A DNA stretch of 64,000 nt, from positions 22,688-86,687 of the forward strand of contig JBLWGC010000143.1 of the NCBI GenBank assembly GCA_048772705.1. Reading direction: 5' to 3'. A program made the translations under genes and the position numbers. Shown piece by piece: positions 1 to 13,008 of this stretch. Position 1 is the first letter of the stretch. The number at the start of each line of letters is the position of its first letter. Below the pieces are notes generated by a model. That model ran no database searches. It was not told the origin of the DNA and worked only from the letters and a program-made list of their open reading frames with translations. The stretch is from Leidyana gryllorum EB-2025a (lineage: Eukaryota > Protista > Apicomplexa).

Positions 1-60
1 TACTTACGCTTGTTGGGATCACCTGGTTAAACACCGAGTTTTTCACAACCAACGAGTAGG

Positions 61-3000
61 TTACAAAATACGGACAAAATCGTCCGAATGGAACAATGTG
101 TTCCAATACTTCTCGTTGTTGATATACTTGGACAACTCCTCTCCTTGTTTTGCTCGTGCGGAATCATCGGGAGTCAGAATATCACCTCGCGACACTGCCA
201 GCTTGGCTCGCTGCACTGCTTGTAATACTTCCTTTGTGGACTCATCGGGCACAACAATCGGCACCGTGTCGCCATCGAGAATGCCAACATGTGGTAAATT
301 GGCCGAGTAGCCATCCAGTGTGTTGCCATAGTACGAAGACTGCTGTCCTCCTGTCACGGCGTCGCTGGTCACACCGACACCCAGGAAAGAGGAAACTGGT
401 TGGGAAGCGGGCATACTTCGAGGGAGTTGTGATAACAACTCCTGCAAAGACATGCTGTTGGGCGGTAGGTACTGACGCATGAATACTTCTGAAGACGGGA
501 ACGGGGGATTGAGCTCCCACATGGAGTGATGCAAGAACATTTTCTTGCTCGCAGCTGTTGACTTCTTGAGCAGGTTGGCATCCAGAGTCAGAGCTACCGA
601 TTCCCGGCTCTCCATGTACTTCGCAACGGCCGCACTCTGCTGGGTCGCCACTGCTTGTCGGCCGGTGAGTTCCTGTGGTAGCTTCTTCACAATAATGAAG
701 AATGGAGGAACTTGATATCTGCGAGTCAGAATGCATTCCAACCGCCGAATGTCACTCCAACAATTCTGATCCACATTTGCCTTCTTGACTGCCCCAGCCG
801 AGGTTGGACTGTTGAGCATATTGTTAGAAGTAGTCGTTCCTGGTGTGCCGTTCGGCACAGAAGTGGGTTGATGGGTTCCGCTTGCTGCATTCTGGCTTGG
901 TGTGGGAGGAGGAAGCAGGTAAGAAGGGGCAGACGATTGAGCTCGTGAAAAATATTGGTTGTTGTTGAGCTGAGAGCCTTGTTGTGTGTTGCCACCTGAT
1001 GGGCTCACGAAGCATGCCACCGTCGCAGTCGGATTTTCGTGTCCATTCAATGCTGCTGCGATTAGCACATCGAATGGATTACGATTCGCCAGATCTGCTG
1101 CATTGAATGCAGATTGTGCGCCGCCCAAGCCTCCTTGATTGCCAATAACACCTTGACTCAGCTCTTGAATGGCAGCATTTGTCGCTTCAGTTTGTTTGAT
1201 ACGCTCATAATCTTCCAACGTTATAGTACAATTCTTCACTTTATCCGAACAATAGTCGCTTATTTTGAAAGCCTTGAGAAGTCGCAAGCTGTGGTTGTTG
1301 CCGCTTGTGTTTGCCTCACGTATGTCATTGATTGACATCAGACGGTCGCCCACAGTGATTCCAGCCGCATTCGTAGCATTTATACTTATCAACCCTTCGG
1401 ATGCCGAAGAGCCTCCACCCGTATTGGCGTGAGGCGGCAAACGAGGTGATAAGTTTCTCAGAGCTGCAGAATCCATGTCGATAGCCCATAAGGTCCATGT
1501 GTACTTCTCATCGTGTGCCGACTCAGTGCGCAAAACAACCGACCATGGAGCTCCTATGCGTCGTGAGGACGCAGAAGAAGCATATGAACCTCCTGGCAAA
1601 CTCGTCGTCAAGTTGGCATTAGGTGTACTGGTTTGACAGTGTTTCATCCAAATCTGCCGAATTTGATCCAACAAACGGTCCTCGCGGTGACTTCGGCGGT
1701 GAGAAGCCGTACTCGGAACGGGCGTCGTACCCCCACTCGTACCACTGAGCCCGGCACCAGTGGCGTCCCGACCAGTGCTCGCATTCGTGGTGGTACGTTC
1801 CATCCCATCCGGGTTCTTGAGAATCCAGCTCCATTTCGAAGCGGTCCCAACACACTGTACATCGCTCTCGAGGGAGAGAATGAAGCTGACCAGTGGATCT
1901 CTATTGCAAGCTCCCCGCAAGCTTCTGAACTGCTCATCACACTTGCTCCAAACGACTTTAAGCCCTCGTGACGATGCGCCCCGTAGATTATAGCCTCCCC
2001 CGTCATCTCCAAACTCGTCATCACCATCCAATCTTCGCCGGCTGGTGGGGCGACTTCGACCGAGACTCTCCAACCCATCACCGGCGGCAGCACTCGTTGT
2101 CCCGGGTGTACCCCGTTTCCGTTTGTTCTGAGCCACCGTCGTTGCTTGAGTCGTCGCGGTTGTGGCGGTGGTCTCCCCTCCAGTCTTGGCTGTCCCTCCT
2201 TTCTGCTTCGCCTTTGCTGTGGCAGTCGTAACCGTACCTGCCTCGCCCTTCTTTGTGCGCGCCTTGCCCTTTTTGCTCGCTGGAGACGTTGGGGCGTTCG
2301 CTCCACCCTGAACGCCAACCCCAAGCCCCATATCTAGCCCAGTACTTGCCGTACTCGGTACCTCTCCTTTAACGCCTGCGGGAGCAAACTTGGGATTGGA
2401 AGATCCAAGACGAACTTTGACGTGATTCGGTCGAAACGCAGCTGGAGGTTGATGTCGGTTGAACATATGAGGAGCAGCAGCAATAGTAGGGAACTGGCCA
2501 GGCCAACCACCATAGGCGCCGTACGCAGGCGGCTGCCCTCCACGATCCATGCCGGGCGGTGTTGGGTAGAGCCCGGGGTATCCCATGTGACCGAAAGGTC
2601 GGGGCCGGAACATCTGTGTGTAGCCAGCGCCCCCGTAGGCCGGCATTGCCCAGGGCTGATGCATATAATAACCAGGTGGACGGTACGCCGCCGCGTAAGG
2701 GTTCCCGGCTGCCGGATATTGGCCATACGGATGAGCGGCTGGTTGCTTGGACATCCAAGGTTGAGCTGCGCCCATACCACCTGGTGCTGCGGGACCGGGG
2801 GGATTCGTCCCACCAGGTGTGTAGCCACCTGGCCCTGCCATGGCTCCGGACATATCAGGAGGAGCCCCTGAGGTTGGTGTACCATCGGGGTTTGCCCCCG
2901 GGGGAGGCGGACCCAGTGGTCCTCTGAGGGCCGTTGACAAATCTGGTGGCGCGAACATGGCGAGATCACCCTCCGACCGCTCCATGTTCTTGAGACTTTT

Positions 3001-4799
3001 CTCCTCCCAGCTCTTGACTGCACGATGCGCATCTTCGCTGCTGTGGTCTTCGCATGTCACAATGGTGATTAGTTTCTCAACCACTCGTGTTTCTGTCGGT
3101 TCGGAAGGGTTTTGCCCCCTCCATGGGAACAACGGTGTGTGAAATATTGGCACTTCGGTTGAAATAGCCTCAAGCTTAGGTTTCTGTCCTTTGGTGAAAA
3201 CGCAAGCCACGTGAACGCGTTTGGTACAACCTGGGAATGAGCAGTTCCGCGTGAAACCCTCGCTGCTTCGACAAATAGAACAAACAAATCGTGATCGGCT
3301 GTGAGCCACTAAATGCTTGTCGATATTGATAGGATTAGTTCTGTTAGCCATATTTCGAAACTGAGGCCCTTCATGTGTGTTATAAAGTATGCAGCTGACG
3401 TGAGCCCACTTCCCTTCCTTTCCGACCTTCATAGCTCCACGAGGGCGCAGACAGATGACGCAGTACAATAAGGGAGCTGGGTGACGACCTTCCAATGATG
3501 ACTGGTCACCGCCGCCTCGGGCGTTCCATGGAGTGTACCCTATACCCCGCCAATATTGACAAACGCAGCAGTACCATTCGTGAGCGCTTTCCGAACGACA
3601 AACTCCGTAACACTGTTGATGTACCAGCACACCACAACCTGCAGACAGAAAAAGAACATTTTAGGATCTCTCGAGGGAGCACCATGTGATGGTCAACCAG
3701 TAGGTGTGGACTCACCGGTGCATTCTATGATGGGGTCGGCTTCGGACGTGTGGTTCTCCCAGCAAACCTCACAACGGTCATCTTCTTCCACCGGAGGGAT
3801 ATAGTTACCGGGACGGTCACGTCGAGGTGGTCGCAAAGGTGGTAGACGCGATGCAGGTACCACCAGATCGTGAAATGGTTGGTATCCTGACCGCTGGGGA
3901 TCAACAGGAAGGCCAGGAAGAACAAAGTCAGAGTCGCCTGATTGCTGTTGAGATTCTATCCGATTCCCCGTAGCAGGATCTAGCATGGGAACGTTGACGT
4001 TAGACAAGTTGAGCGACGCGCTTTCAACACTTGCCGCTTTCATGTACGGAGCGGCGGTCGCTGGATTCTCGCTGAAGGGAGATTGACTGTTAACAGGAGG
4101 GGGCGCGGCACTCGCAGGTTGAGATGGTTGATTAGCGCTAACATCCCACCAAGCTGCGACGAAATCCGCGTTGTTTCCTGGCCCGGCAGTTGGAGTGGTA
4201 GGACCAGGAGTCGGGGGAGGAGAGTGTGCGTGTGTTTCGGCACCAGTTTGAGAGAAGGTCGCCACTGGAAGCGTACTTCGATATGCTGGGGACTGCGACG
4301 GAGGCGTGGGGCCCCATAACGAGTTGGTTGCGACGGCTGCCGCGTTGGTGTCACCCCACAGCATCTCACTGGCTCCGCGTTTCCGCGTCATCACCGATGG
4401 TCCTCCTTGTCCAGACCCCACGACGCCCTTGGGACCGCTTCCCCGCGCATACCGGCCTGCAAGAGCAAATGTGTCAGTGAAAGTTGCACCGTCGATCCCG
4501 CACACACACACTATGGCACGAAACGAGGGCGGATGTCAGCAAAACGGTGGTTTCATGCACTAACCATAGAAGTCTTCAGTGCTTGAGCCTGAAGGGTGAT
4601 GCTCTGCGAAATACGAGTCGGAAGCTGCAAAGGCATGTCGATAAGCGGACATTGGCGCATCCGGTAGGGGGTCTGTCTCTATGGGCCTGGTATTAGCACA
4701 CACGTTTGTCTGGCACGCGAAGGTTTGCCTCAACTGCTCCCCATCCCCCCCACTGGCTCGCCGTGCGGGCTTACCGTTGTTATGAAGTTGTTGATTCAT
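61..4799 (-). CDS. PHD-zinc knuckle-PHD (PZP, BRPF/Jade/AF10-like) chromatin protein with long low-complexity C-terminus; 3 exons
   Basis: ORFs 4560-4799, 3693-4511 and 61-3630 join in frame via GT-AG introns 4511-4564 and 3639-3715, giving CEVC...IIECTGCGVLVHQQCYG...WYCCVC, then CVIC...GAMK...WAHVSC and CSIC...CSFPGC...HVAC. Confidence 0.85.
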
Positions 4800-4891
4800 C
4801 TTGAACGAAAAACATATGCTCTACTGCTGATGACAATGGGCCTACCCCAGCAATGTGCTTGAGTCCATGTTTTTTGTACAAAGACTCTTTT

Positions 4892-7317
4892 TTACTTCCC
4901 ACGGATGAAAGCTTCGAAATCATTCCAGCTTATTATCCCGTCTTTATCGCGGTCGACAGAGTCAATCATCTGATCCACCAAGTCTTCATCTGAGGGAGCG
5001 ATGAGGCCACTCTTTGACATGGAGACGGCACTGGCTCCCATGGAAGCAGGTGTAACAGCAGAATGATGGATTAGTATTTGCTTTAGTTCTGCTCGGGTGA
5101 CTTGATTGGTGCCATTACGATTGATTCGTTGGAATGCAGCCCACACCAAATTTAGCTCCGACTCCCTCCAGGAGTAGCAGGCGGCCAAAAACTCTGTGTA
5201 TGATATTTGACCTGCGGAACACACAAACAAATGATGTGTTTGTTAATATAGAAAATATGACAGGCATCGGGTTTGATCTTAGTAAACCACAGCCGCCTTG
5301 ATTCGATATAAACACCAATTGCTTACTTTCGTTACGGACATCCAGCTGTTGTATAATCAGATTGATATCCCATTCCGCAAACTTGGCTGCTTGTAGGGCC
5401 TCATGAATAGCAGAGTGGCTTAGATATCCTTTCCCTTCCCTATCCAGTTCCTTGAAGATGCGGGTAATTCGCTTCACATGCTCATTCGAGATGCTTAATT
5501 GTTGTGCCATTAGATTCACGAAGACATTCCTGAGGTTAGATTGCTTCGCATAGTTGCGCATATTGAGGCACATAGACTCCGACAAGTTGTCACGACTCAG
5601 TTGAGTCCCGGAGTCAAACCATGGATGTCGCAGAGCCTCCGCGGCACTGATCCTCTTCTCAGGTCGTTTCTCAAAGATCTTTTGGAGTAGGTCCCGAGCT
5701 TCGGGGCTGAATTGGGGTAGTAATTGTTGCAGATTAAGTTCCTCTGAAAGGGGGAGAAAGAGCGTGTGAGGACGAACGCGATGGGTTAGGAAGCTCACTC
5801 GTGACAACGACACGTCGGAAGCTGTGTATATCGGGAGCGTCAAAAGCAAACTTTCCGGTCAGCAGGTTGTACATGATGCATCCGGCCGACCAAACGTCAG
5901 ACTTGAGACACAGAACTCCATCTTTGAAAGCTTCAGGAGCCATGTATATAGCTGAACCTCTGAGTGTCTGCGTCACGTCACTACTGTCCTTGAAGATCTC
6001 TCCGAGTCCAAAGTCGATGATTTTTATGGGTGAGTCCTCATCCTCGGTAGCAAACATGACATTTCCGGGTTTCAAGTCTCTGTCAACGGAAGGTGATAGC
6101 ACAAGGAGGGCCATTTCGCAAGACTGACTCACTTATGAACGATTCGCTTTCCGTGGATGTGGCATAGCCCTTCGAACAGCTCCCGCATTATACGGCGCAC
6201 AAATCCTTCATCATGAGACTTCGCCCTCTTTGGATTGACTAACAAAGTGTTCAGGAGTTCGCCACCTCGACACAACTCTTGAAGGATGTAAACAGAATTG
6301 GGGTCCTCGAAGATTTCAAAGATTTTGATCACATTGGGGTGGTCCACATTCTTCAGTATATTGATTTCTTCCTGCGAAAAGGAACCAAAGGAGGCCATCA
6401 CCGATCTCATAGTGACAAATCGCCCTTACCTCAACCTGTTCCACTGGGAGATTGAGCATTGCTTTATTGATGATCTTGCAAGCTCGTCGTGCTTGAGTTC
6501 TGGGGAGCCATTTTGGAGGTGTCGAGAATCGCGCAATCTTCTTACCTGAGATCTATGACCTCATGAACTTCGCCAAATACTCCGGATCCGATTCTCCTCT
6601 CGAAGGCCATGAACTCTGTACAGTGAATCCATTGTGCGACTGAAAGATCCACTTTCCGAACTCACCTCGGATGTCAATAGAACGTCCCAAGGGGGACATG
6701 GGCACCCATAACGTTGATCGAATATCCTCGATACGAGGCGGGTAGTACTTGTTGCGTATGCGTAGCAGCAGAGCTTTATACTGGATACAAAATTGAGAAG
6801 AATGAGTCGTGGGAGGTCCTTCCTCTTCCTACCATTCGGGTGAAGTCATTGATCGACAATCCATCGCGGCCTTTACTGTCGTACTTTTCGAATATCACTT
6901 TGAGGGTACTGTCTGTTGACAGAGAGAGCAGCTTTGGGAGGGTAGTTCGGCGTGGTCGCGTGGCTTACCACTGATCGGGGGGATGGTCAAATTGAAACAT
7001 AGCTGGGTGAAGAAGGCTCGAGTCTCATCGAAATCGAGCAATTTATTCTTATCCGCATCGAATTGCTGTTGAAACGGAGGAGATTATGCGGGTTGCCACC
7101 AGCCACTCACCACAAAGGATGCGCGAGCCGAATGCTGGAAAGTTGTATCTGACGCGAGCACCGAGGCCAGCAGTTTGCGTGTGCACTCGATTGCGTCTCC
7201 AGTGCCACCGTCATCGGAGTTGTGGGAAGATGTCTTCTTGCTTACTGACTTTGCGTCTTTACTCGCCTCAGCTCCCAATGAACTTTCACATGTTGCTTTG
7301 GGGTTTATATCAGGCAT
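4892..7317 (-). CDS. Calcium-dependent protein kinase with N-terminal and C-terminal EF-hands (CDPK6-like), multi-exon
   Basis: N-terminal EF loop DADKNKLLDFDE; kinase motifs IGSGVFGEV, HKDLKPGN (across an intron), IDFG, YMAPE, DVWSAG; C-terminal EF-like loops including DRDKDGIISWND. Confidence 0.85.
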
Positions 7318-7364
7318 TGTTGTGCCACTCCTTTTTTGGCCGCCAATTACAGTTTCTATGCTAA

Positions 7365-10300
7365 CTAAGGGGTCTCAAATATCGAAGTCAGGAAAGAGGG
7401 GGCAACCCTGAATACCCAAACGTTGCCATCCCGTCTGTCGAGCAGAGAGCAGTGACAAGCGGACGGCTGCGTATGCCTTACCGGTCCAGCCGACCCATTC
7501 GCTGACGAGCTCGTTTCCGCGTCACCAGCAGCTCTCTCAGATCCTCAATGATCTCGCGATTGAGATTCCAGAAGGAGTGTCTCGTGTCACTAACGTTACG
7601 ATCCATGAAAGTGGTATCGATGATATCAACATCTGAAGGCGTTGTCTCTCTTTCTCTCGACAGTCGATCCACCGCTTACCCAACCAGTCACCGAAATTTA
7701 AGGTGGAATCCTCACCAATAGGCTCCTTTCTGCTTCGGAAGGATCGCCAACCTCTTCGTCGAATCCGACGTCGTACATTGTAGTTTTGAGGCTCAAATCG
7801 GGTCCATTCATTAGCTGGCCCATCCACTTGCACAAAGCTCGTCGCATGCATCAGATTAACACCGCGCTGTGTTTCATTGTGAGTTGTAGGACTTCCGCCT
7901 GTGCCCCGCGCCCGCAGTCCACAGACACTCCGACCGAGAGCACTCCGTCCGCTGAAAGCCTCCGCCCACCACAGAGCCTGAAGAAGTATTGGAGATTGCA
8001 GTGACAAGTTTCCCCACTCGATCGTTCCCATCCGCGTAGATGGTGATGTTCGCGCAACAGCTACGTAATAATTCGTAGTCGCGGCCCACAAACTCCGAGA
8101 CAGAATATTCGGGGTTCATGAAACTCGTTGTAACTAATTGTATTTTCCCAGCAACGGGGTCTTCGTTCTTCGTCATGAGAATACTGGAGCGAGAGGGAGG
8201 ACATGACAGAGCCAAATTATTGCGCGCGCGCGACTTACTCGCCTCGTTGTAGGATCCCGCGGAGAGACTTGAGGAAGAGACGACTCCCCATGGAGTGTGC
8301 CATTATATGAACTTGCCGCACGTCGTTGTGTTGCAGGGACACCAGCAATTGAGTGAACGCCTCGTGGCAAACTGGGTCCTCGGCAGCGCTTTGCGCTCGG
8401 AAAAAACTGAAAGCCCCCGCTCCAGCGGGCCAAGTGAACACCAACACTTTCAAGTGAGATGGTAGATTACCAAACGCTGCCATTTGACCGAGCGTCTGTT
8501 GACACTGTGTGGCGGCCGAAATGAATCACACAACTCGAAAGTCGATATCACCCTACCTCTTGCTGCGAATTGTTGAAACCGTGCACATAAATGAGCACTT
8601 CACTCAACCCAATACTCTCCATCGGTATCCATCCTTCTACAACCAACTCGGGCACATTCACGTCAATCAAATCATTCGGCGAGTCCGCGGAACCGCCCAG
8701 AACTGACTTCTCAACAATTGAAACCTCCACTCTGTCGTTTGGTTTGGCCTCAGCCACACTAGAAACAGTAGTCACCACAGCTCCACCACCCTCGTCGCTC
8801 GGATCTTTGGATGGCAGATCTGTGTGAAGATCAGATTTCAGATTTGGCCCCAGTCCGTGATGATCAAACGACTGCCGAGGCGCTGTCGTGGTCGCAGCCG
8901 TCCGGTACCCCGGTAGGGCACTCGAGACAGCAATATTCATCTTCTGATCAGCCGCTATCTCGCCCAGGGTGGGGGTCCGTATCACGTGACCAGCCGCGCC
9001 AGAACTGCTGCTCGAGCTCTCTGCCACCTCGAACAGTGACTCCACTCTCCCCGAGTCCATCAGTCGCGACTGGAGGATTGTCACCGGAATTCCTGTCACT
9101 GACGCGAGATAATCAGCGAACGACGATGACTCCCTCCGAGGATATTGCTGGACCATCACCTGGTCAATAGGGGCAAATCCCAGAATACTCAACCCCCTTT
9201 CTTTGTCCACAGAGATGGTCACCTCGGATCGTCCTTGCAACGAGAAAGATGGGGTCTGATAGCCCAAAATCAATCAGCGTCGCCCCGTCCAAACTCACGT
9301 GAGGATGCAATTCGTTGAGAATCCATTTGACGCTTTCGCGATAATTACGAATGACTTCTCGCGCTTTCGCCTCCTTGAGAACATTGTAATCCACATGAGC
9401 CCTCGATGGCCGACCAAACCATTTCAACGTTCGAGATCTATGCATACCGCGTCCTTCAGGTAGCCGTTGACTCGATTGTGCCCGACGGTGACCCGGCTCT
9501 GGTACCGTGATAGGACTCGGACTCACTGCTACCGATTGAGATCGTGCCCCCAACTCCATTGAATGGTATCGTGGTGGATACCACCCCTCCGGTTGGTTAC
9601 GGGTTTGCAGTTCTGGTACATCGGCGACATACGTCGATGGTAGGACTACTCTGCGCCCTTCCTTTACCATCCTCTCCAATCCTCGCTTCGCCTGCTTAAA
9701 GATGCCACTGTCCCTCTTCTTGATCAAAGGAGCGTTAAAGGTTCGCACATCAGGGAAGCCACGGAAGAATCTACCCGATACGGAGCATTCAACCAGCGCC
9801 ACGCCAAATTCCAGCCGTTTTTCCGACAGAAGACATCGAGCCCATCCCAGCTTGATGCAAGCGAGGCCTGACCCGGACGTCACCTCCCGACTTTTGGAAG
9901 GTCCACTGGGTTCACCGTCACTCCAGAATCCAATCATGTTTTCCCCCAGCATTTCGTCGCCCAACCAATAGCCGAACCCTTCGGGCCTTCCAGCCTCATT
10001 CAATTCTCCGGTATATATAATACGCCATTTCGATCTCTTCGTTTGCCTATTGAGCTTGTCTGCTGGAGTCGATTGCCTCAAGCATAAGAATTTCGAGCAC
10101 CAATTGACGAGACTATGGATGTTATTGTGCCCTTTCCGGCTGTCCTACTCCTCCTAATCTTACCGATTCACTGTAATTGTCCCCACTAATTCGATACATA
10201 ATCCGCTGCGCACACGGAAACGCCCGATACTCCGGTGCTGTTGTAAGGCAGCTGATACATCTGTTACCGGCGTGAGATCAACCAGTCTATTATCGACTTG

Positions 10301-11388
10301 AACCCACCCTGCGGCAACGTGCGACCCTGAATTGGAACCAGGAACCGAACGGGCCGAACACTTTCGACCACCCAGCCATTGACAAAGAAGTTGGACTTGA
10401 GGTAATACCACTCTCCCAACCGGCTGAGCACGCGCATCCAGATAACATCACAACAGATAATCACACATTGGAGGATTTGATAGCTGAGTAGGAACCAATG
10501 GTAAATGAAATAGCGGCCACTGGACGTCGTACAATCCTGTCCTAGGAGATGGTCACCTTCTCCGAACAATGCTGGGCCCGCAGAAGCAAAGTCTTCTATA
10601 TGTTGAATCTGTGGCGAGATGATATATCCTCGGACGTGGTCCACAAACGGCCCCAGACGTCGCAAAGGAATCTCTTCTGAGTGTTTGGTCGTCAGAACCA
10701 CCAACCCTGGGAGCTGGAGAATGGCGCAGGCTCAGCTTGACTCTTACCTATCAGGCAGATAATGTCGACCAACATGAAGCCCAATGAAATGTAGGCCGAC
10801 ATCCGGTAAGCTGATGGAGTTTTAGAGATTACAGACAACCCGATCATTAGTAGTAGCGTCACGCCAGAAAAGAGTAGCGATGCATAATGACCTCCTCCTT
10901 TCTCTGTTACGGGAGTTGTCATGAAGGCTCTTTGACAACTCGCAGCATAGATGGTCAAGTTCAGTGCCGAAACAAACAGTATTAAGCATGTCGCTGTGAA
11001 TGCTCCCCAGGTTCTTTGATGTGTACCGAGATACGTGCGTCGGAACGACCGATAAAACATATAGCGAAGAGTATGGGCAAAGCCTGTATTCCGCAGATTA
11101 TATGAGTGTAGTTGATCCGTCACTTTGGTGAGGTGAGGAGCGTCAGCCACATCACTAAAGTTGACATTCCCATCCGATGTGGCTTTGGTGACGCCCACGG
11201 GAGCATTCTCAGGAGATGCGGCGGGAATCAACGAGCCACCCTGAGTATCGGTTGGCCACGCAGTCTTCACAGTCTCGTGGTCGCAGGGCACACAAACGTC
11301 TGGCTCTCGGGGTTGAGCGTGTGCTGCCTCGGATGCTGGCCATGGTGTGACAGCGATAGTCAGAGTCGAGGTACTTACCTGCTGACAT
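7365..11388 (-). CDS. Multi-pass membrane protein with MORN-like segment and C-terminal DUF900-like alpha/beta hydrolase domain, multi-exon
   Basis: Hydrophobic helices in 10264-11000; YTGELNEAGRPEGFG MORN-like stretch; IYVHGFNNS, VFTWP and MAHSMG nucleophile elbow; last exon RDGNVWVFRVAPSFLTSIFETP* with stop at 7365; ATG 11388 followed by intron 11336-11378. Confidence 0.7.
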
Positions 11389-11394
11389 ATTCCT

Positions 11395-12035
11395 TCAGTG
11401 ATGCTTTGCAATGGCCTCCTCTACATCAACATCTTTTTTCAATGCCAAGTCAATGATACGGAGTGCGACAGAGACTGACTGTGGAGAAAGCTCTACCACA
11501 CTCTTCAAATCACATTGACTAGCAAAGACTGAGAGAACTTCACCATAGGCACGGTCAACGGCCGGATTGGTGTCAGGAAAGTCCGCATCGGTCGAGAGGA
11601 CCAGGTTTTGATCTACAGACAACACAGTGAAGGAGGCAACAGTGTTGCTGCTCACATTCTGAGACGACATCCATGTCAGACCATCGAATGGCCGAGGCAA
11701 CGAAGTGTTGTTGGAGCTCTTTTAGGCGGCATTCCCGTTGAAGGTCAAGTTTAGTTCGTTGCAATTCATTCAACTGCTGAGCTTGAGCTCCAAAGCGCCT
11801 GTGTAGACCTTCCCAATGTTTCAGTTCGGCATCTTCTTGCTGCTCAGTTGGTGTTTTGAAATCTTCATCTCATTCTTACCTCTATCAACTTGTGGAGCAC
11901 GTTTGTTTGAAACCATACTTTGGACTGAAGGCTTTTCAAACGGTCTCGTGTACTTTCTAGACATTTGCGAGCCTGGTCCAAGTTTTGCTGAGAGGCAACG
12001 GAGCCTTCTTCTGTTGTCGTGGGTGTACCGCCCAT
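11395..12035 (-). CDS. Small hypothetical coiled-coil protein, 3 exons
   Basis: ORFs 11865-12056, 11573-11773 and 11395-11700 join through GT-AG introns into MGGTPT...ELQRTKLDLQRE...EEAIAKHH*. Confidence 0.55.
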
Positions 12036-12119
12036 CAGCAGTTTTGAGGTCCACACGCGTGTGTAAAACTGCGTCTCTTAGCAGACACAATCAAGACAAG
12101 GCGACTCCGGCCAAAGAGG

Positions 12120-12974
12120 ATGGGAGCCATTGGGTACAACTTCCCATGGTATGCCCAGAAGTCCTACGCAGCTGTGTGCCTGGCGGAATTCCTGGGTACA
12201 GCAGCGTTGTGCTACGTTATTGGACTATCAGTAACTCTTGGTGTGTCTGGCGCTGTGCCCCCCCTTGCCATCGGAGGAGCAATATTCTCTCTGTGTAATG
12301 TATTTGGGGAGGCTAGCGGTGCCCATTTCAACCCAAGCATCACTCTGCCCGTGTGGATCGTGGATCGTCGTTTCTCAAAGCGTCGTTGCATATTATACCT
12401 AGTAGCTGAATTTTGCGGTGCGGTGGTCGGCGCCCAGTTAGCCAGTTTCACTGGCAATGATCTGCGTAATCCTTACAGCTGGGCATTGCATACCTCGGAG
12501 AACTTCACACTGTGGCAAATAGTGGTATGCGAGGCGATTTTCACCTGTGTGCTCTCTCTGACGGCCCTGAAAGCGGGCTTTCTACAGAGTGAGCCCAATC
12601 CTTTATGCCCTCTGTGGGTGGCTGGCGCGGTGAGTTTTATCGTCAAGACAGGTGCTCCATATATCTGTGGCTTTTAGGTTGTGGCTGGAAGTTACGCCGG
12701 AGGGCCAGTGAGTGGGGCATGTCTGAACCCCGCTGTTGCGCTTGGATGGGTAGTAGCGGTCGGCGAGATGCGGGATATGTTTCCATTTACGGTCGGGCCA
12801 CTACTCGGGGCTGTGGCAGCGGCAGTGATTGTTATGTTGATGGATCCTGAAATTTACCAGCGACGATTTGGGGAGCCGAAAGAGGGACTGGCCACTTCCG
12901 TTTCTGAAGCACTGGTGATGCTGAGCGACGACAGAATGGTAAAAAGCAGCAATTCTATGAAGTTGCGAGCCTAG
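12120..12974 (+). CDS. Aquaporin (MIP family)
   Basis: AEFLGT, SGAHFNPS and GACLNPAV motifs; six hydrophobic segments; 48-nt intron 12630-12677. Confidence 0.93.
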
Positions 12975-13008
12975 GGAACGGATTTATTGATAGTCTTAGT
13001 TAAAACTT

